Shown here piece after piece: positions 1-14,563 of a stretch of DNA of 64,000 nucleotides (its first letter is position 1; each line of letters opens with the position of its first letter). Below the pieces are notes generated by a model. That model had not been told where the DNA came from. It saw nothing but the letters and a program-made list of their open reading frames with translations, and did no database searches. The position numbers were made by a program, and so were the translations under genes. Location: positions 15,750,001 to 15,814,000 of the forward strand of contig CM097885.1 of NCBI GenBank assembly GCA_044892525.1. Direction: 5' to 3'. The DNA comes from Schmidtea polychroa (lineage: Eukaryota).

Positions 1-31
1 ATTTATTGAAATATTTGAATTTGAGATTCAG

Positions 32-538
32 TTGCAGCTTGAAATGGCGAAATGCGCCAATGAAATTCGGCAGAATGAAACAAAATTAGCAAATGAAAAA
101 TATATAAATTATGGATTTTTTGAATGGCAAATCGATAAATTTTCACAACAAAAGAGAAATGAATATATTTACAGCGAGGAATTTTATTCCGGGCCAGTCG
201 GTTACAAAATGTGCTTGAGGGTGAGCATTGAGGGTGATTTGGTTTGGCCTGGTTTCTGTTTGATGCGTGGGGCAAATGATGAGCAATTGGATTGGCCGTT
301 CAATCAATCCGTGACAATCGATGTGATGGATCCAACAAATGGCAACATTTATATGAGCAAGTCAAGGAAATATTCAGATTTGTCCCGTGATGCCGGATGG
401 GGGGAACCTTCAGATGACAGAAATGATCTAATTGGCATTTATTATTCTATTGGTGATGGCAGCTCAATCTATCAATTAGCAGCCAAAAGTGATAAATTGC
501 TGCTCAGGTGCAGAATTAAAAAATTCTTACAAATTTAA
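32..538 (+). CDS. TRAF-family protein copy 1, terminal exon (end of coiled coil plus MATH/TRAF-C domain); 5' part lies upstream of the window
   Basis: Translation has TRAF MATH hallmarks (FEWQIDKFS, YSEEFYSGPVGYKMCLRV, MRGANDEQLDWPF). A splice acceptor (gagattcag) ends at 31. Near-identical to 20983-21489. Confidence 0.85.
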   Translation: MQLEMAKCANEIRQNETKLANEKYINYGFFEWQIDKFSQQKRNEYIYSEEFYSGPVGYKMCLRVSIEGDLVWPGFCLMRGANDEQLDWPFNQSVTIDVMDPTNGNIYMSKSRKYSDLSRDAGWGEPSDDRNDLIGIYYSIGDGSSIYQLAAKSDKLLLRCRIKKFLQI

Positions 539-1209
539 AAAAACATTTCAATAAAGAATTTATTTTGGGTTTTGATTTGTTTTATTGTTTGTCTTTTTTT
601 ATTATATTTATTATATGAGATTATTATTGTGGTAATTATTGCCATTCTCGCCTTCCATCCGATATCATCATCACGTGGCGGAGCGCGCACAGCAAATGCC
701 AATTGCAATATCAACATCAATTATATAATTAAATAAAAGCAATTTAATTAAATCAAAAACATTTAATATAAATTAATTTGAATGATTATTATAATTAAAT
801 TAATAATTAATTTGAAAGAAATTAAATTAAAATTCACCCGAATATAAGCGCTGACAAATCGCCTCAACAAATCAAACGCTCCTATGACGAGTGGAACTGA
901 CGAAAAAACCGCCGCTGATGTTATATGAGTTTTGGATAAATTATTGCTGTACTGAATGGCAGTAAAATGCACCTAAATGCAATACTAACACTGCGTTATA
1001 TCAAATTGATAAATGCCTTGAAGTTTCGCCAGCTATTTTTGAGGCATTTAAACGAAAATCCGCAACAACAATACTGATAAATAAAATTTGTAAATTAATA
1101 TTTTGATTCTCAAATACAAAATGAATAAATATATAGATAATCTATATTAGTGAAATTCTTAATAAGTAGATGACTCCTAGCAATATACGAAGCACTCAAA
1201 CACTTCCAA

Positions 1210-2240
1210 TATTTTCTTAGTTATTTCGAGATTATATTTGTCTAATTGTCTGACTTTTGCATGGACTGGGTTTTCGTTGCTAATTATTATATGTTCGGTT
1301 ATGCATTTTATGTTATTGTTTGCCTTTAGTTTATTAGTTATATTTGGTACATTTTGTATCAGTTTTGCGATTTCATTAGGTATATGCCAGTTTGTTTCTG
1401 TTTTAATTGTTTTTGTTTCACCGTGTTGGGTTGTTATTACTCCGATGTCACAATTGATTTGTTTCTTGGATTGTTTATTTTTGTTGTATATGTTGTTTGA
1501 ATTGTTTGGTAAGAACTTTCCATTCTTGCAGTCGACTAGTAGATCGAAGTTTGAGAGGAAATATGCTCCTTAAATGGCTTGTTTGACTTCAGTGATAGTG
1601 AATTGCCAATTGTATTGTGTGTTGTTCATGGTGATTTTAATGTTTTGTTTCCCGAACGTTTTGATTGGGCTGCCGTTTGCTGCACACAAATTCGCGGTTT
1701 CTGTTTTTGTATTTTTATGTAAGTAATTCGGTATTAATGAAATTATTGAACCTGAATCAACAAGAAAATTAAGGCCATTGCTATGCACCGTGAATGTTTG
1801 GCTGTCACCAATTGTTGGTGCTATCATTGGTGACTTTATATGTTTCCCGACTCTTCTTTGTCGAAGGAGCAAGGTTTGTTGCATTTATATGCTTTATTTT
1901 AAATTTATTGTGGTAGTAACAATAGTTTTGGTTTGTGCGTTTATTAGGGTTGTTCCATGTTTTATTTCTGTCAAAGCTGTTGTGGCTGCCTGATCTTGTA
2001 TTTTGTCTTGGATAGTTTTGTCTGTTTTCATAATATTGCGTTCTCCTGGATTCTCTTCTTTGTATTTCGGTAATGTCTTTTCTTAGACTTTTGTTTTCGA
2101 TAATTATTTCGTCGAATTTTGTTACCAAAGTAGAGAGGAGTTTGTTTGTTTCTGTAGTTTCTGAGCTATTGTGTACCGAGATGTTTTGGTCGTTGTATTT
2201 GAAATAATTTTTGTTTTGGTATGTTCTACATATTGTCTGT
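1210..2240 (-). mobile_element. Gypsy/Ty3 LTR retrotransposon gag-protease fragment (degenerate)
   Basis: Aspartic protease motif FLVDSGSIISLIP and LCAANGSPIKTFG (1570-1884). Gag C-terminal YCYYHNKF motif (1805-2128). Frameshifted. Confidence 0.75.
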
Positions 2241-3749
2241 TACATTTCGTCATTTAATATATAATAAAATATATAATATATAATAGAATAATATAAGAAA
2301 TATCAAATATCTTAATATCATTTAAAATGTAATTAAAAAATTAAAATTATAAAATTATTTTTAGATATTTCTTACAATATCATTTCTTATATTATTATTT
2401 AAATTTTTAGAATTTTTTTTAATTTAAATTATAAAATAAATTAAAAAATAATGTAAGAAATATTTTAGAAATATTTCAAAGACATTTATTTAAAAAAAAC
2501 TTTTTAAAATTTAAATTAAAAAATAAAATAAAAAATAATATAAGAAATATCTAAAATTTTAATATCATTTAAAATGTAATTAACAAATTAAAATTATAAA
2601 AAAATTAAAAAAAAAAAAAAATTTTAAATATTTCTCATATTATTTTTTATTTTATAATTGAAATTTTAATAATTTTTTTTTAAATTTAAATTACAAATAA
2701 TATAAATATGTAATTTAAAAATTAAAATTATAATTAATCAGTAAATATAAAATACAAAATAAATTAAGTTTTTCCCTATAGTTCCAAAATTTATAGATAA
2801 TGATCAAATTCACATGAACAGGCGGTGAGAAAATTCGTGAATATCAAAAAAACATTGATATATATACTGATTCATAGTCAAGCCTTTCTAATAAATACAA
2901 TATTACTTTTAAAATCTTGTTTTATATAGAATTTATTTTAATTTATTTTTAAAATATTATTTGATATAAAATAATAGTTTTTTGAATTTGCGGTGAAATA
3001 TCGATTTGTCTGTAATCTATGAAATTGCAATCGGTTGGCACTAATTTTGATCAAACAGAAAAACATATTATATGCCTATACATCACATATACACAATATA
3101 TAGTCAAGAAATTGAAATTGACAAGGCATATCGTATGGTAGAAAATGTTTTCATTTGTATTAAATATATTATTCGCAGCAAAAGGCTTTAATTATCATTT
3201 ATCATTAAATTATCACTTTTTACTATATTGTCAAGATACGCAAGTATCGATATACCAATGTGTTGGATTCAAATATTACGTTTCTTGATCCATCATGGAG
3301 AAAAAGACAATTTACGTGAAAATATCCCACTTAAACTAGCCATAAATTGATATTAAGAATAATAAATTTAAAAAATAAATATTTATGACAGTTACGAATA
3401 AGACCAAATATATAAATTGTTTATATAAATTTAATTAAAAACCAAATCTGCTTTCTCTCATTTAATAAAACAACAGCACTGATCAATAAAATTGTATCAA
3501 TTCTTTTTAACAACAAGTTAGACACTAATTTTCGTTTAATAATGCTTGAATTTCTTGAGCATTTGCAAATGTTTATTAAATTCTGCTCTTCACCAATTAT
3601 CACCATATATGTCAAGCTCGGAGATTTTGTTTACTAATTAAATTGATTAGTCTATTTCAGTTAATTAATTAGTCTGTATTTCTTTATTAACATTGCCTAG
3701 ATTTACCTCATTGATTAAAAACCATTGTATTTGTGTTCATCTTTTCACT

Positions 3750-3812
3750 CAGTGGCGTAGCTAGGGTATGTGCCGCCCGGGGCGATGCTTAAAATTGCCG
3801 CCCCTCCCCCTG
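3750..3812 (+). mobile_element. Terminus of a hAT-type DNA transposon (TIR CAGTGGCGTAGC)
   Basis: CAGTGGCGTAGC followed by a GC-rich GCCCGGGGC subterminal motif. The reverse-complement terminus is at 15667-15678, but the flanking 8-mers differ. Confidence 0.5.
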
Positions 3813-4449
3813 TACATTTTTTAAAATAAAAACTTTCCAAAACAGTCGCCAAATTTTGCCTCCCTTTCCAAAAACGTTACATACCCTTCACATATACATA
3901 CTATTTATTCTTGTATGAAATATTTTTTTCTTATTTAAACAAAGTGTTTTATAATACATTAAAACATATAATAAATTAAGCATTGTCAAATTATCATTAT
4001 ATTTAATTTTTAAATAATACAATAGAATGCAATATATCAAATAGTATAAAACAAGACAAAATTAACATATCATTACAGAGTAAAAAACATAATAAATATC
4101 TTATTATGTAATATTTTTATTTTTTTGCTAAACCATATATTTACATTATACTCTATGAGCTATATATTTAACTTTTATATTAAAAATAATATTTCAATTT
4201 CTCAAAAAATATAACATTTACTAATATTGTATTCATTATTAATATTTTCTAATATTTAAGAAACTACAAAATTAAAAGAATAATTGTTATCAGACAGGTT
4301 TTAGTGCTTTCCTGTTAGTTGTTATTTTTTATTAATTTATTTTTAGTTTGATCTCTAATTATTATTTATTTAACAACTTTAGCTTATTAGCTAATTACAT
4401 GAATATTCTATATATAATACTTTATGCTAAATTACACTTAATTTTTTAA

Positions 4450-5160
4450 ATGAACACTAGTCGAGTTTTTCTTTACCAATGGTGGGTTTTTACTTCTCTT
4501 GTAAATTTATCTATGTTTTCAATTTGTACTATTTTATCCGGTAATTTATTATATATTTCTACTCCTTTGTAAATTATCCCTCCTCAAGTACAATATTTAC
4601 TTTTACAGCCTTTTTGGCTTTTTCAAGTTTTTTATTATTTCTTTTATTATCTATTATCTTTTTTATAATCTTTTTTTTAAGTTTTTTATTATTTCTAGTA
4701 TTATAATTATGTAAATCTATACCTCTATTTAAGTATTTATTAAAATAATACAGAAGTAATTCTTTATCTAATTTATATATAAATACAATAACATTCACTT
4801 TTATATCATCGTTTACCATTATAATTTATTAATACAAAATATCTGAAGAAGTACAAGGTGATTAATTCAATTTTTAATTTTTGTATAAGGCAGGTTGGAG
4901 TTTACAAATAAACAAATGGATTTTTATGATTTTTTCAATTATGGTGTTTATTTGTAATTGTGTTATTTTTATAATTTCATAACCCAATTTTAACAACCTT
5001 GAATTGTAAAATTTATTTGTAATTTCAAACCTCCGAAAAAACACATGTATTGTGGTTGTATATAAATAAATACAATGATGCATTAAAAACGTACTTCATA
5101 TTAACCAAAGATTATGCAGAATTCCTACACAATAATCATATATGATGCATATAATTATGT
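4450..5160 (-). mobile_element. 3' fragment of a CR1/L2-like LINE (degenerate)
   Basis: Minus-strand translation gives DLHNYNTRN and GVEIYNKLPDKI, which resemble the HxYNTR and GxxxWNxLP C-terminal motifs of CR1/L2-clade ORF2. Confidence 0.5.
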
Positions 5161-6419
5161 AATATGAAGAGCAATCAAATACCCAATTATAATTATATCA
5201 TGATTAACACGCAAACATTTGCACTAGCCTAAATGAACTATTGGAATGTAATGGCTAACTCTTAATGATACATACTAAAACTTTATGCTTTTGAACATGA
5301 TCCAGAGAATTTCAATAGAAATGATGTGCCTATACTAAATGTCTAAAGATTTATTGTTATCATCATGATTTTTTGGACAAATTGATTATAGAATTACATT
5401 TATTTTCATTTAGAAATTAGGTGCACTTTATCGTTAATCAAGTTTGAATTTTGGACCTTTTCTAATGATTCGCCATTCACTACAGATCGTCTCGATGATG
5501 AGGCCACTAAGACCCTTTACACTTACAATTCCAATTATGGATTGATAGAAAGTAAGCAGTATTCATATAGAATTCACCTTTGAAATGCTTACAAATTGTT
5601 CATTTTATCCACCACTTAACTATTTATAACAGTATTATCGTCATTTTATTATCAATTAGCTCTCTTCATTCTGATCATTTGCGTAATAATCAGATGACAT
5701 AATTCAATAGATATATTTTGTACTTCTCCACTTATAAATACAATTTAGGTTTATTGATTGTCTGAGAACCATGATTTATAGATATTTATTTCATTACGTC
5801 ACAATTTTACTAATGTTCCAATAATTATAATATTGTCAATATTACTGCTAATATAGTTAATATTATATTTATCATTATTGTTGGTGTATGAAGGGGAGAA
5901 GAAAGTTTTCGTAGTCAGACATGTAACCCCATACATCGGTCTCAGATTTACCCAACATACATCACATGACCTTGTTAATATTCCCTCATGTGAGCCCGTG
6001 GCGGTGTTCCCACGTTGGTGCTGCTCACACGGGTTGGAGTAGGTTAACAGGTGAGCCCCTGCCTTAGGACTACTCTTAACCCACTCGCTGTACAGGTTCT
6101 AAGGTGCCCTAGAAGGACTTACCCACAATCTCATTCATTCTCGGGTCGACCCTGGTCCAAAAGGACGACCTTCACGCAAATGTCATACATTCAGTTCATC
6201 AATCGAATCGGGTATTTCGCTCATCGTTCTCGTAAAATAACTCATTAATTATCAAATACTTATATTAATCATACGACATACATTAATTTATACAATAACA
6301 AAGGTTTCACAAGAATTAAATACACGATCACTAAAGAAAATGAGAATTTGTCATACACTAGAGAAGAGGTCGCGAAAACATTCTTCCCGGTAGACCAACA
6401 CCGTAGTCACCTCTAGTTG

Positions 6420-7178
6420 TTAAAAAACCTCTCCGTCGGCGAATACTTCGTCGATATCCACCGGCAAGCTACGGTCTGCGAGATATTTAATGCCATCGGC
6501 CGGTACGACCCGAAATATTTCTTTGGCCGGAATCACGTGGGAGCTTGAAACCTCTTTAAGGGTGGACTGGGCCACTGATAATGAAGCCTCCAATGTGGCT
6601 ATCGCGTCTCTGCGTTTCTGATTCTTGGCGGCCCTAGTTGGCCGTTTTCTTTTACGAGAAGGCGCCGGATGATTCGCATCGGATGCGGCGGAGGGCGCCA
6701 CCAACACTGGAGCTAAGATCGGGTCGGAAGAACCACCTACTAAGGGCTGATAACCGGATAATACTGGAGCGGGAATGGGCGGCAGATAGGAGCCGTGCCC
6801 TTGACAATTCGATGTAGATGCTTGCGACGACTGGTGGTGTAGTGGAAACACATTAGTACTGTCTGAGACGGGAAATTCTCGGACCCTTTTGGCCAATTCT
6901 GCCTCCGTATAGACCTTGTGGAGGGCTTCGGATTGCGCTTTAATGGTCAACCGTTGACAACGGCTCTCCTCCAGCAGGCTATCCCTGCAATGTTCCAACC
7001 GGAGTATTTTCTTTCGCTCCTCCTTCATTTGTGGCGGGGAGAACCACGTGCCCTCATAGAGGTCAATGCGCTTTTTTAGAGCCCCAATATATAGGTGCAG
7101 TTGCGCAATATCCGAGTTCTTGTCTGCGCACGAAAAGCACGGACGAAGTTCTTTAATCGGATTGGATTTTGAAGACAT
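6420..7178 (-). CDS. Uncharacterised 252-aa protein (CxxC, coiled coil, basic tail), probably a retroelement accessory gene
   Basis: Long open frame in GC-richer DNA with RPCFSCADKN. Putative upstream intron 7179-7288 (GTGAGT...TTCTAG) ends right at the ATG. Homologue at 16995-17290. Confidence 0.55.
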   Translation of the reverse strand: MSSKSNPIKELRPCFSCADKNSDIAQLHLYIGALKKRIDLYEGTWFSPPQMKEERKKILRLEHCRDSLLEESRCQRLTIKAQSEALHKVYTEAELAKRVREFPVSDSTNVFPLHHQSSQASTSNCQGHGSYLPPIPAPVLSGYQPLVGGSSDPILAPVLVAPSAASDANHPAPSRKRKRPTRAAKNQKRRDAIATLEASLSVAQSTLKEVSSSHVIPAKEIFRVVPADGIKYLADRSLPVDIDEVFADGEVF

Positions 7179-8829
7179 CTAGAAATTCAGAAAAACATGT
7201 AATAATCAATAAGTTTGCTTGCGCGAGGTATTCGAATTCAATTATACATGCAGTATCATAGTCAATTATTCCACTCAGCAACACTCACAGCAATGGTCAA
7301 CATTCAACATCCTTTTATTTTTAACGGTTTTATCTCAATAGTTTTTCAACTTCGGAATATGCGCAATTTATTTCATATCTAATATTAATATTATTCGTCT
7401 TATTTTCATGATTGGAAAAACCACAGAGTATTCGATCGATAAGGCAGAAGCTTAGAATATCATAGTCCTAGGGAAACGACGCGTATTAGTAACACGATTT
7501 TTACTTATAAAGAACAAAAAAAATTAAGAAACTTTCATAATTTGTCAATATTATTATATAATTATTTAAAAGTTTAATTCAATTTTGGAGCGTGAGCGTA
7601 GTCATGGGAATCCCTCACTCTATCTCCATGTCGACGGTTACTATACTAGTGTGTATGCTTGCGGGAATTAAATCTAGCTACGCGAGGGACGATTATAGTG
7701 TGTGCATTGCCGTAATTATTTATGAGTTTCTCCTTCTGTTTCTCCACTAAGGTATTACTCAATCAAGCACAAGTTATCTATGTGGGTGCATGCATGCTAT
7801 CGTGATTTGTTATTTGCTCTGTTACTAACCGACTAGTGGATGTGTATCGTGGAATTTGTCATTTTCTCAATGTTATCGGTGGAATTTACTCAACGAGAAA
7901 AATCGGCAATGAATTACGAGGTCGACGTTCTACGTTTAGGAATTATCGCTATAATGTTCAAATCTGGCTCTCTCTTTATCGTTTGACAGGTCATATCTAC
8001 TATAGTCAGTCGTCGATGAATGGACCTATAAAGTGGTCATTGCCAGCTAATCTATTTGCTGATATTTTCCGACGGCTCTCTTACCGATCTGTCGTCGTCT
8101 CTTTGAAAGAAAAATCAAATCGCAAGAGCAAATCTTACCACTGGCTGTTACAGAGTTTCGCCCAAGCTGAAGTGAGTGTTTACATTTGTTATCGCGAAAA
8201 TTTTCCTGTTCCGTCTAGATTCGACGGTTATCGATGACAAGGGCCTGTCAAGATGAATTTTCACGTCTACTGCGTTGAGACGAAGTCAAGGAGAGGGATC
8301 TAGCCGCTAACGTCTTAGCGATGTTCATCTCAAACTAAATCTAAGTTCAGACAAAATCTCCGATGAATCCCGTGGATTTCTACAAGGAAACACTGCTCGT
8401 TATCGTGCCTGCATCCGATCTAACGATCCTAGCCGCATGGAAATAAGAAGTTTACGAAGGAAAATTAATCGTTTCGTCTAAAATCGAAATCCTTGGAGGT
8501 TTTCTGTGATTCTCAACCGATGGATTTCCTGTATCCCGTCAGGTTCCCATCTTCTCAAAAAAATATCGGGTGAAATTGATCGATCGTCACTCGGTGGGCA
8601 GTTTTCTGGTGTAAAATAACTGTCATTCTTCAGATGTCCTCACTCCTCCTGACTCACCTAAGAGCGGCAATCATCGCTGCCACCGCCCTTAGACCGCCAG
8701 GAGGGACGATTCCATCTCCTCAATCATTGTTCTTTAATGTTCATAAAATCATTGTAAAGTTGAATGATGTAATTAAATAAATGGATACATTCGATGTGAG
8801 ATTATCTATTATATGATAAATTACTTATC

Positions 8830-8840
8830 TGGCGACCACG
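8830..8840 (+). other. Putative primer-binding site of an LTR retrotransposon
   Basis: TGGCGACCACG matches the complement of a tRNA-Arg-type 3' end (recalled, not searched). No canonical CA LTR end directly upstream. Confidence 0.35.
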
Positions 8841-9911
8841 CCGTCTGAGTCTCGAATATGATGCCGCTCCATTCTAATCGAATTATTTCATCATTTCATT
8901 TTATTGGCCTACTGGCTTCGCATAGATCCTCAATATCGCTTCTAATAGTCATTCTCGTAGCTTCTTCTACCGATTTATCTGAATTTTCCGCATCATATTG
9001 GATTCCCAGACGACATCGACGCCAGTAGCATGGAGAGAGAAAAACATCTATATGATAATAAATTTTTATTAAGAATAAAATATTTTATTAATTCATTTAT
9101 ATAAATTAATCGCAAATCAACATATACGTTCTACTTACAATAAGTTCCCTTCGAGAGTGTTGCAAATAGTAAAAGTTCGAATTGTCAACTTGAATTGATT
9201 TCCCTTTGGTTCAGTTAGACTCCTGTAGTGGATTTTCGTCGAGTTGTCGTTAGAATAATGCTTGCTATACTGCTAACTAGTCCTGTAGGGGTGCTTGAAT
9301 GTAGTTCTGTAGAGTTTGGTTAAAAAGTGGTTGTTAAAAAGAATAAAATTTTACCTGTAGAGTTTGGTTAAAAAGTGGTACTCTACAGATATTTTCCATT
9401 TCTTTTATATTATTTTTCGTCCAATCAGGACGTGACTTGCGTGTAATATTATTATTTATTATGATTTTTATGTTTTTTAATGTAATAAGGTATATTTTAA
9501 TGACTTTTTCCTATTTTTATTATTGTTTTATTTATTTTTCTATTTTTTATTATTTCTCTCCTGTTTTTCCTGTGACTTTATGGTTTTTTGGTTATATTAT
9601 AAATTTTTTGTTTTAATTAGTTTATGTATTTATTTGATGGTGATTTATTTTTATTTTACTTCCTAATTTCTGGTTTATTTTCCTTACATTTATTATTTTA
9701 TTTCCTTATGCTATTATGTGTGGTGTGTTATTTTCTTATTCATCTTATTTTTCGTCTTTTATTGTTTTCATTAGTTATTTTCCTCCCTTTATTTCCGTTA
9801 TGTTTATCTAATCTCATTTGTTCTTCTATTTTTCGTGCTTTTCGTGCAATTTATTTTATTCCCCTTATTTATCCTGAACCTGTTTTGCAACACTCTCGAA
9901 GCTTGGCCCAA

Positions 9912-10156
<245 letters not shown>

Positions 10157-10576
10157 CGGATTATAACCGCAGTTCAGGATAATGTAAGTGTTACCATCGA
10201 ACTGCGGTTCAAACCACTACAAAAAAAGAGGTAAATATAAAAAATGTTTTTTGAATGATCAGCACAAAGATTTAATAATATCCTGGTTAAGTGAAGATTG
10301 TTTTGAATGCTATTAGAACAAAGCTTCAAAATGAAAATAATATATCAGTAAGTGTTTCGACGATTGATCAAGCAATTACCGAACGTAATAACAATTTGAA
10401 ACTTATTACCAAATTACCAGAAAAGTGAATTGCTTATGAAACCTTAAGGAAACGCGAAAATAATGCGAAAGGGTTTTTAGATCTTAAACTGTTCAATACG
10501 AATTCTTTTAATAATTAAACGAATTACTTTATTTAATCTTTCATAAAATTTAGATTTACTAATAATATTATTGTTA

Positions 10577-10733
<157 letters not shown>

Positions 10734-11459
10734 TGCATTTGTACTGAGATCCTTTTCAAGAGCTAGTGACCTGATTTAATATTAAATAATGTAACATTTC
10801 GTAAATTTATTCACTTTTTTATTCGCTGAATTTTCATATATAATAATAATAAAACAAAAAAGATTTCATGTAAATTATAATTTAAATTCACAAATTTGAT
10901 AAATTTTATGAATGAATTTTACTTATCAACAAACAACGAAATTTATCTTGAAATCTTGAAATTTTAGGAAATTTATAAATTAGGTTTCAAAGTGAAGTTG
11001 AGTCCAATACGCAATCTACATCAATACCTTGGGGTGATAAGTGACGGTTATGGGGTTTAAGGGGGGGGGTCATTAAAAAATTTATAAATTATAATCTAAA
11101 ATGAAACGTAAGTTGAGCATACATAATAAAGTAATTTACATTATTGAAGTTGGTACTTGATTGATGGTCAAATTACTTGAGGGGGTTATAAATAAATTAT
11201 AATTTTAAAATCCAAAATTTAAGTTAGAAATTTATAAGTAAACAATTTACATTAATACATTTAGGATGAAATTAGTAGTGGTAGCACTTTAGGGGGTCAT
11301 AAATAAATTTTGTAAATTATAGTGTAAGAATCAAAATTTAAGTCAGACATATATAAGTAAGCAACTTACATTAATACATTTTAGATGAGATTAGTAGTGG
11401 TGGCACTTCTGGGTCAGGTAGTTTAAGAGTGAATTGTATATTAGTGCTAGTGGAGTTTG

Positions 11460-12730
11460 CATGTGCCAAGAATATATTGAGAGGTACCGCGGAGACAATG
11501 AAAATGTCATTAATGTATCTTTTCCACATCAGGATTTTATCTCCGAAAATAATCTAATCTTAGATTCTATATAATGCATGTAGAAAATGGCTAAAATCGG
11601 CGAAACGTTGTTACCCTTGGCTAGACCATGAATTTGTTTGAACGGTTTTCCTTTAATTAATACAATTTGACAATTTCTATGAAATCTTGTTCAGATAAGT
11701 CGGCAAAAACAGTTTCTGGTTTGAAGGTTTCGAAGAAAGAAGATGCAACTGTGAAGACGTTGTTCTCTCCAGTGAGAGGGATGGATCCATAAAGATTTGA
11801 AACATCAAGAGATCCCCAAAAGTATTGTTGCTCTAATGATGTTGAAAGAGATAGGTTTGTAATTTCTGAAACAAATTGGTTTGTGTTTTTAAGATGACAG
11901 GGGATAAAATTTATTAGATTTTTAAGGATTTCAGCAAGAATCCTTGAAAGAGTTGTGAATGGCGTGTCAACAACACATACAAAAGGTCTATCATTTATAG
12001 GATCTTTGTGATCTTTGAGCAATATTGTCATGGTACTATGTAAAGGTTCACTGCAATTGCATTTTGTAAGTAAATTTCTGATTTCGAGGTTAGTCTGTTT
12101 GTTAGCAATGACAGCAAGTTTCTTATTAAATGCGATCTGCGAGGAGGATGGTAAGATCATTTGGTTTATTGCGGTATAATTGGCGAGATGTTCGTTGAAG
12201 AGTGATTCAATAATGATCTAAGTTAAGCGCCATAAGTCATTTTGTCTTATCTGAAGGCAGAATTGTTAAATCTTTAAGGTTTATAAGTGTTTGTATATTA
12301 CGAGTGAGAGATTTTTGTGTCGAGAGTTGCTCTTTTATGAGATAAGCCTGTTTCTTGACAATTTTCCTAATGTCATTTTCCATACTGATAATGTTCTCAT
12401 CAATGTCATTTGGAAGGTCCGGAATGTTGCCGTATGTTCTACGATTTGGATTGAGAAGATGATTATATATTTCAGCGATGTTCGAAAATTCTGAATGAGA
12501 TTCGGTTATTGATTTTTTTTGTTTTTAGATGTAATCCAACTTGTCTTCTTAGACTTTCAAAAGTAGCATTAGTTATAATTTCAGTTTTGTTAATATCTTT
12601 CAGGTTTAGTGTTGGCACGAAAGCTGGTCCCTTACTAAGAAGATTTTCTTGTGCTTTGGTGAAAATGTAGTCGGATTTGTTTATAAAAGGTTGCGTTGTT
12701 TCTAAGACCTTGGTGTTGTTAGATGTTTTT
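11460..12730 (-). mobile_element. Penelope-like retroelement reverse transcriptase fragment (pseudogene)
   Basis: Minus strand: KGPAFVP, LDVSNLYGSIP, QIHGLAKGNNVSPILAIFYM, WKRYINDIF (degenerate RYVDD). Contains stops and frameshifts. Confidence 0.8.
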
Positions 12731-12763
12731 TGAATAAGCTTATTTAATCATATGACTTATGTG

Positions 12764-12791
12764 CCCGAGCAACGCCGGGTAGCCCAACTAG
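12764..12791 (+). mobile_element. Helitron-type 3' terminus
   Basis: GC hairpin CCCG-AGCAACGC-CGGG followed by CTAG|T. Confidence 0.55.
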
Positions 12792-14204
12792 TCACACTAT
12801 GAATAAGCAATTTATGATGACTGAATTAATGACATTGATTTGTTTTGACTTTATCTCATATAAGCATCAATTTATTATAGAGCATTTCAGTAAAATATAA
12901 TGGAATATGAAATTTCTGTATACAAGGAATATAAATACGAGGAGAAACCGGGTAGTAAAAATAATTAAAAATTAATAATTTGTTTTACTTCACTCATTGT
13001 AACAGATTAACATTTAGCTTTTTAATAAATAATAATTTTTTTATTTTTATGTTAGTGAAAACCGGTTCAGTAGAATATAGTAAACAATAATGTAAAGATC
13101 GGAAATGTTTAAGCGAAGTTATGAGAATTAATATTTTGTCATTTGTTTTTAATTATTATTAATAACTGAAAATAGACTTTTCCATTTGTTTAATATTTTC
13201 TAATTATTTTCTTTATTTTTTTTATATTTTTATTTTTCCAAAAATTTCCAATAATGATATCCAAGCATTTCTAAAAGTTATTATTTCCTAATTAAATAAT
13301 ATTTAAATAAGTTACATAATGCACATTATTTGTTGATTTTCCATTGTTAATGAAAACGTATGAGAAAATATTAAATTTATTTTTTAACTAATTATTTTAA
13401 ATTAATTGTTGAAAAAGTTAAAAAATAAACGAAAACCAGAAAAATTAAACAAATTTATATTAAATTAAAATGAATTTGATTGCGCAATTTAACTAAACAT
13501 ACCACGCAACGCCTCTCAGCGTTTGGGCAACGGATACCGCGGAAATAGCAAGATGTCCATAGAGGTAAATACTCAGGGACAAGTAGAACAAAACCAAAAC
13601 AATTAATTAAAATATTTGAATGGGGTCAGCGTCTGAGATAAATTAGGATTTAAAACGGTGGCTTTCTTTTTGCATTTGCAAGTTTGCATTTTAGAATTAC
13701 AAATCTTTATGAAGCCTTATAACAATGAAAGACAGATCAAAACAAAATTTACGATGCATTCCAGAAATAAAGGCAAGGCATGATTCGAGTTACTGCAAGA
13801 AAACCTTTTCCAGCCCCTTTAAAATCACTCATTAAAATTTATTGGTTTTTACTTGATTAATATATAATATATATTCCTTCATGTCCTTTTATTAGAAACC
13901 TCAAAGAAAATATATTTGAAAATTTGAGATCACAGATAAAAGAGCCTGGGAACCTGCTGATACAAAGGATTTAATGGCATTGAAGTAACATAAAAATAAA
14001 AATAATTCATCAAATATGTTTTCAAGAATAGATGTTTCCTAAGGTTGAGGCCTTCATTAAATATGGAAAATATAAAAAACATGAAACGAAAACCGTTTTT
14101 GGTCGTTTCGAGAAGACCAAAAAGTCATAGCCATACAATATGATCATATATATCTGCTGACAAGTATCAAGTACAAAGGTGAAACCCCATTAAAAGGCAA
14201 TATT

Positions 14205-14506
14205 TTGACTTTCAAAGACATTGGTAATTTTGAAATACAATTTATCATTTCTACAATCCTTTTCTTCGGTAATGGAGATCTCTTCAAACTGACCATCTAG
14301 GCCCAGCGATTCCTGAGGGGGTGCAGCATAATTCGGTACATCATCTGTCATAATAGCAAACGATTCAATTAATAAAAATATATTTACCTATTTATATAGC
14401 ATAGTTGTAGTGGACTATTTCTGGCATTGTGACAAATTCTATGTTGAAATGCAATTCTTTGAGTTCCAATTTTAATAGATCCTGGGGGATAAATAAAAAA
14501 ACAAAA

Positions 14507-14562
<56 letters not shown>
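14205..14562. repeat. ~300-bp dispersed repeat ending in (TAT)n; second copy at ~34935-35303
   Basis: Near-identical sequence (atccttttcttcggtaatggagatctcttcaaactgacc...gatcctgggggataaataaa) at both loci. Confidence 0.85.
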
Positions 14563-14563
<1 letters not shown>

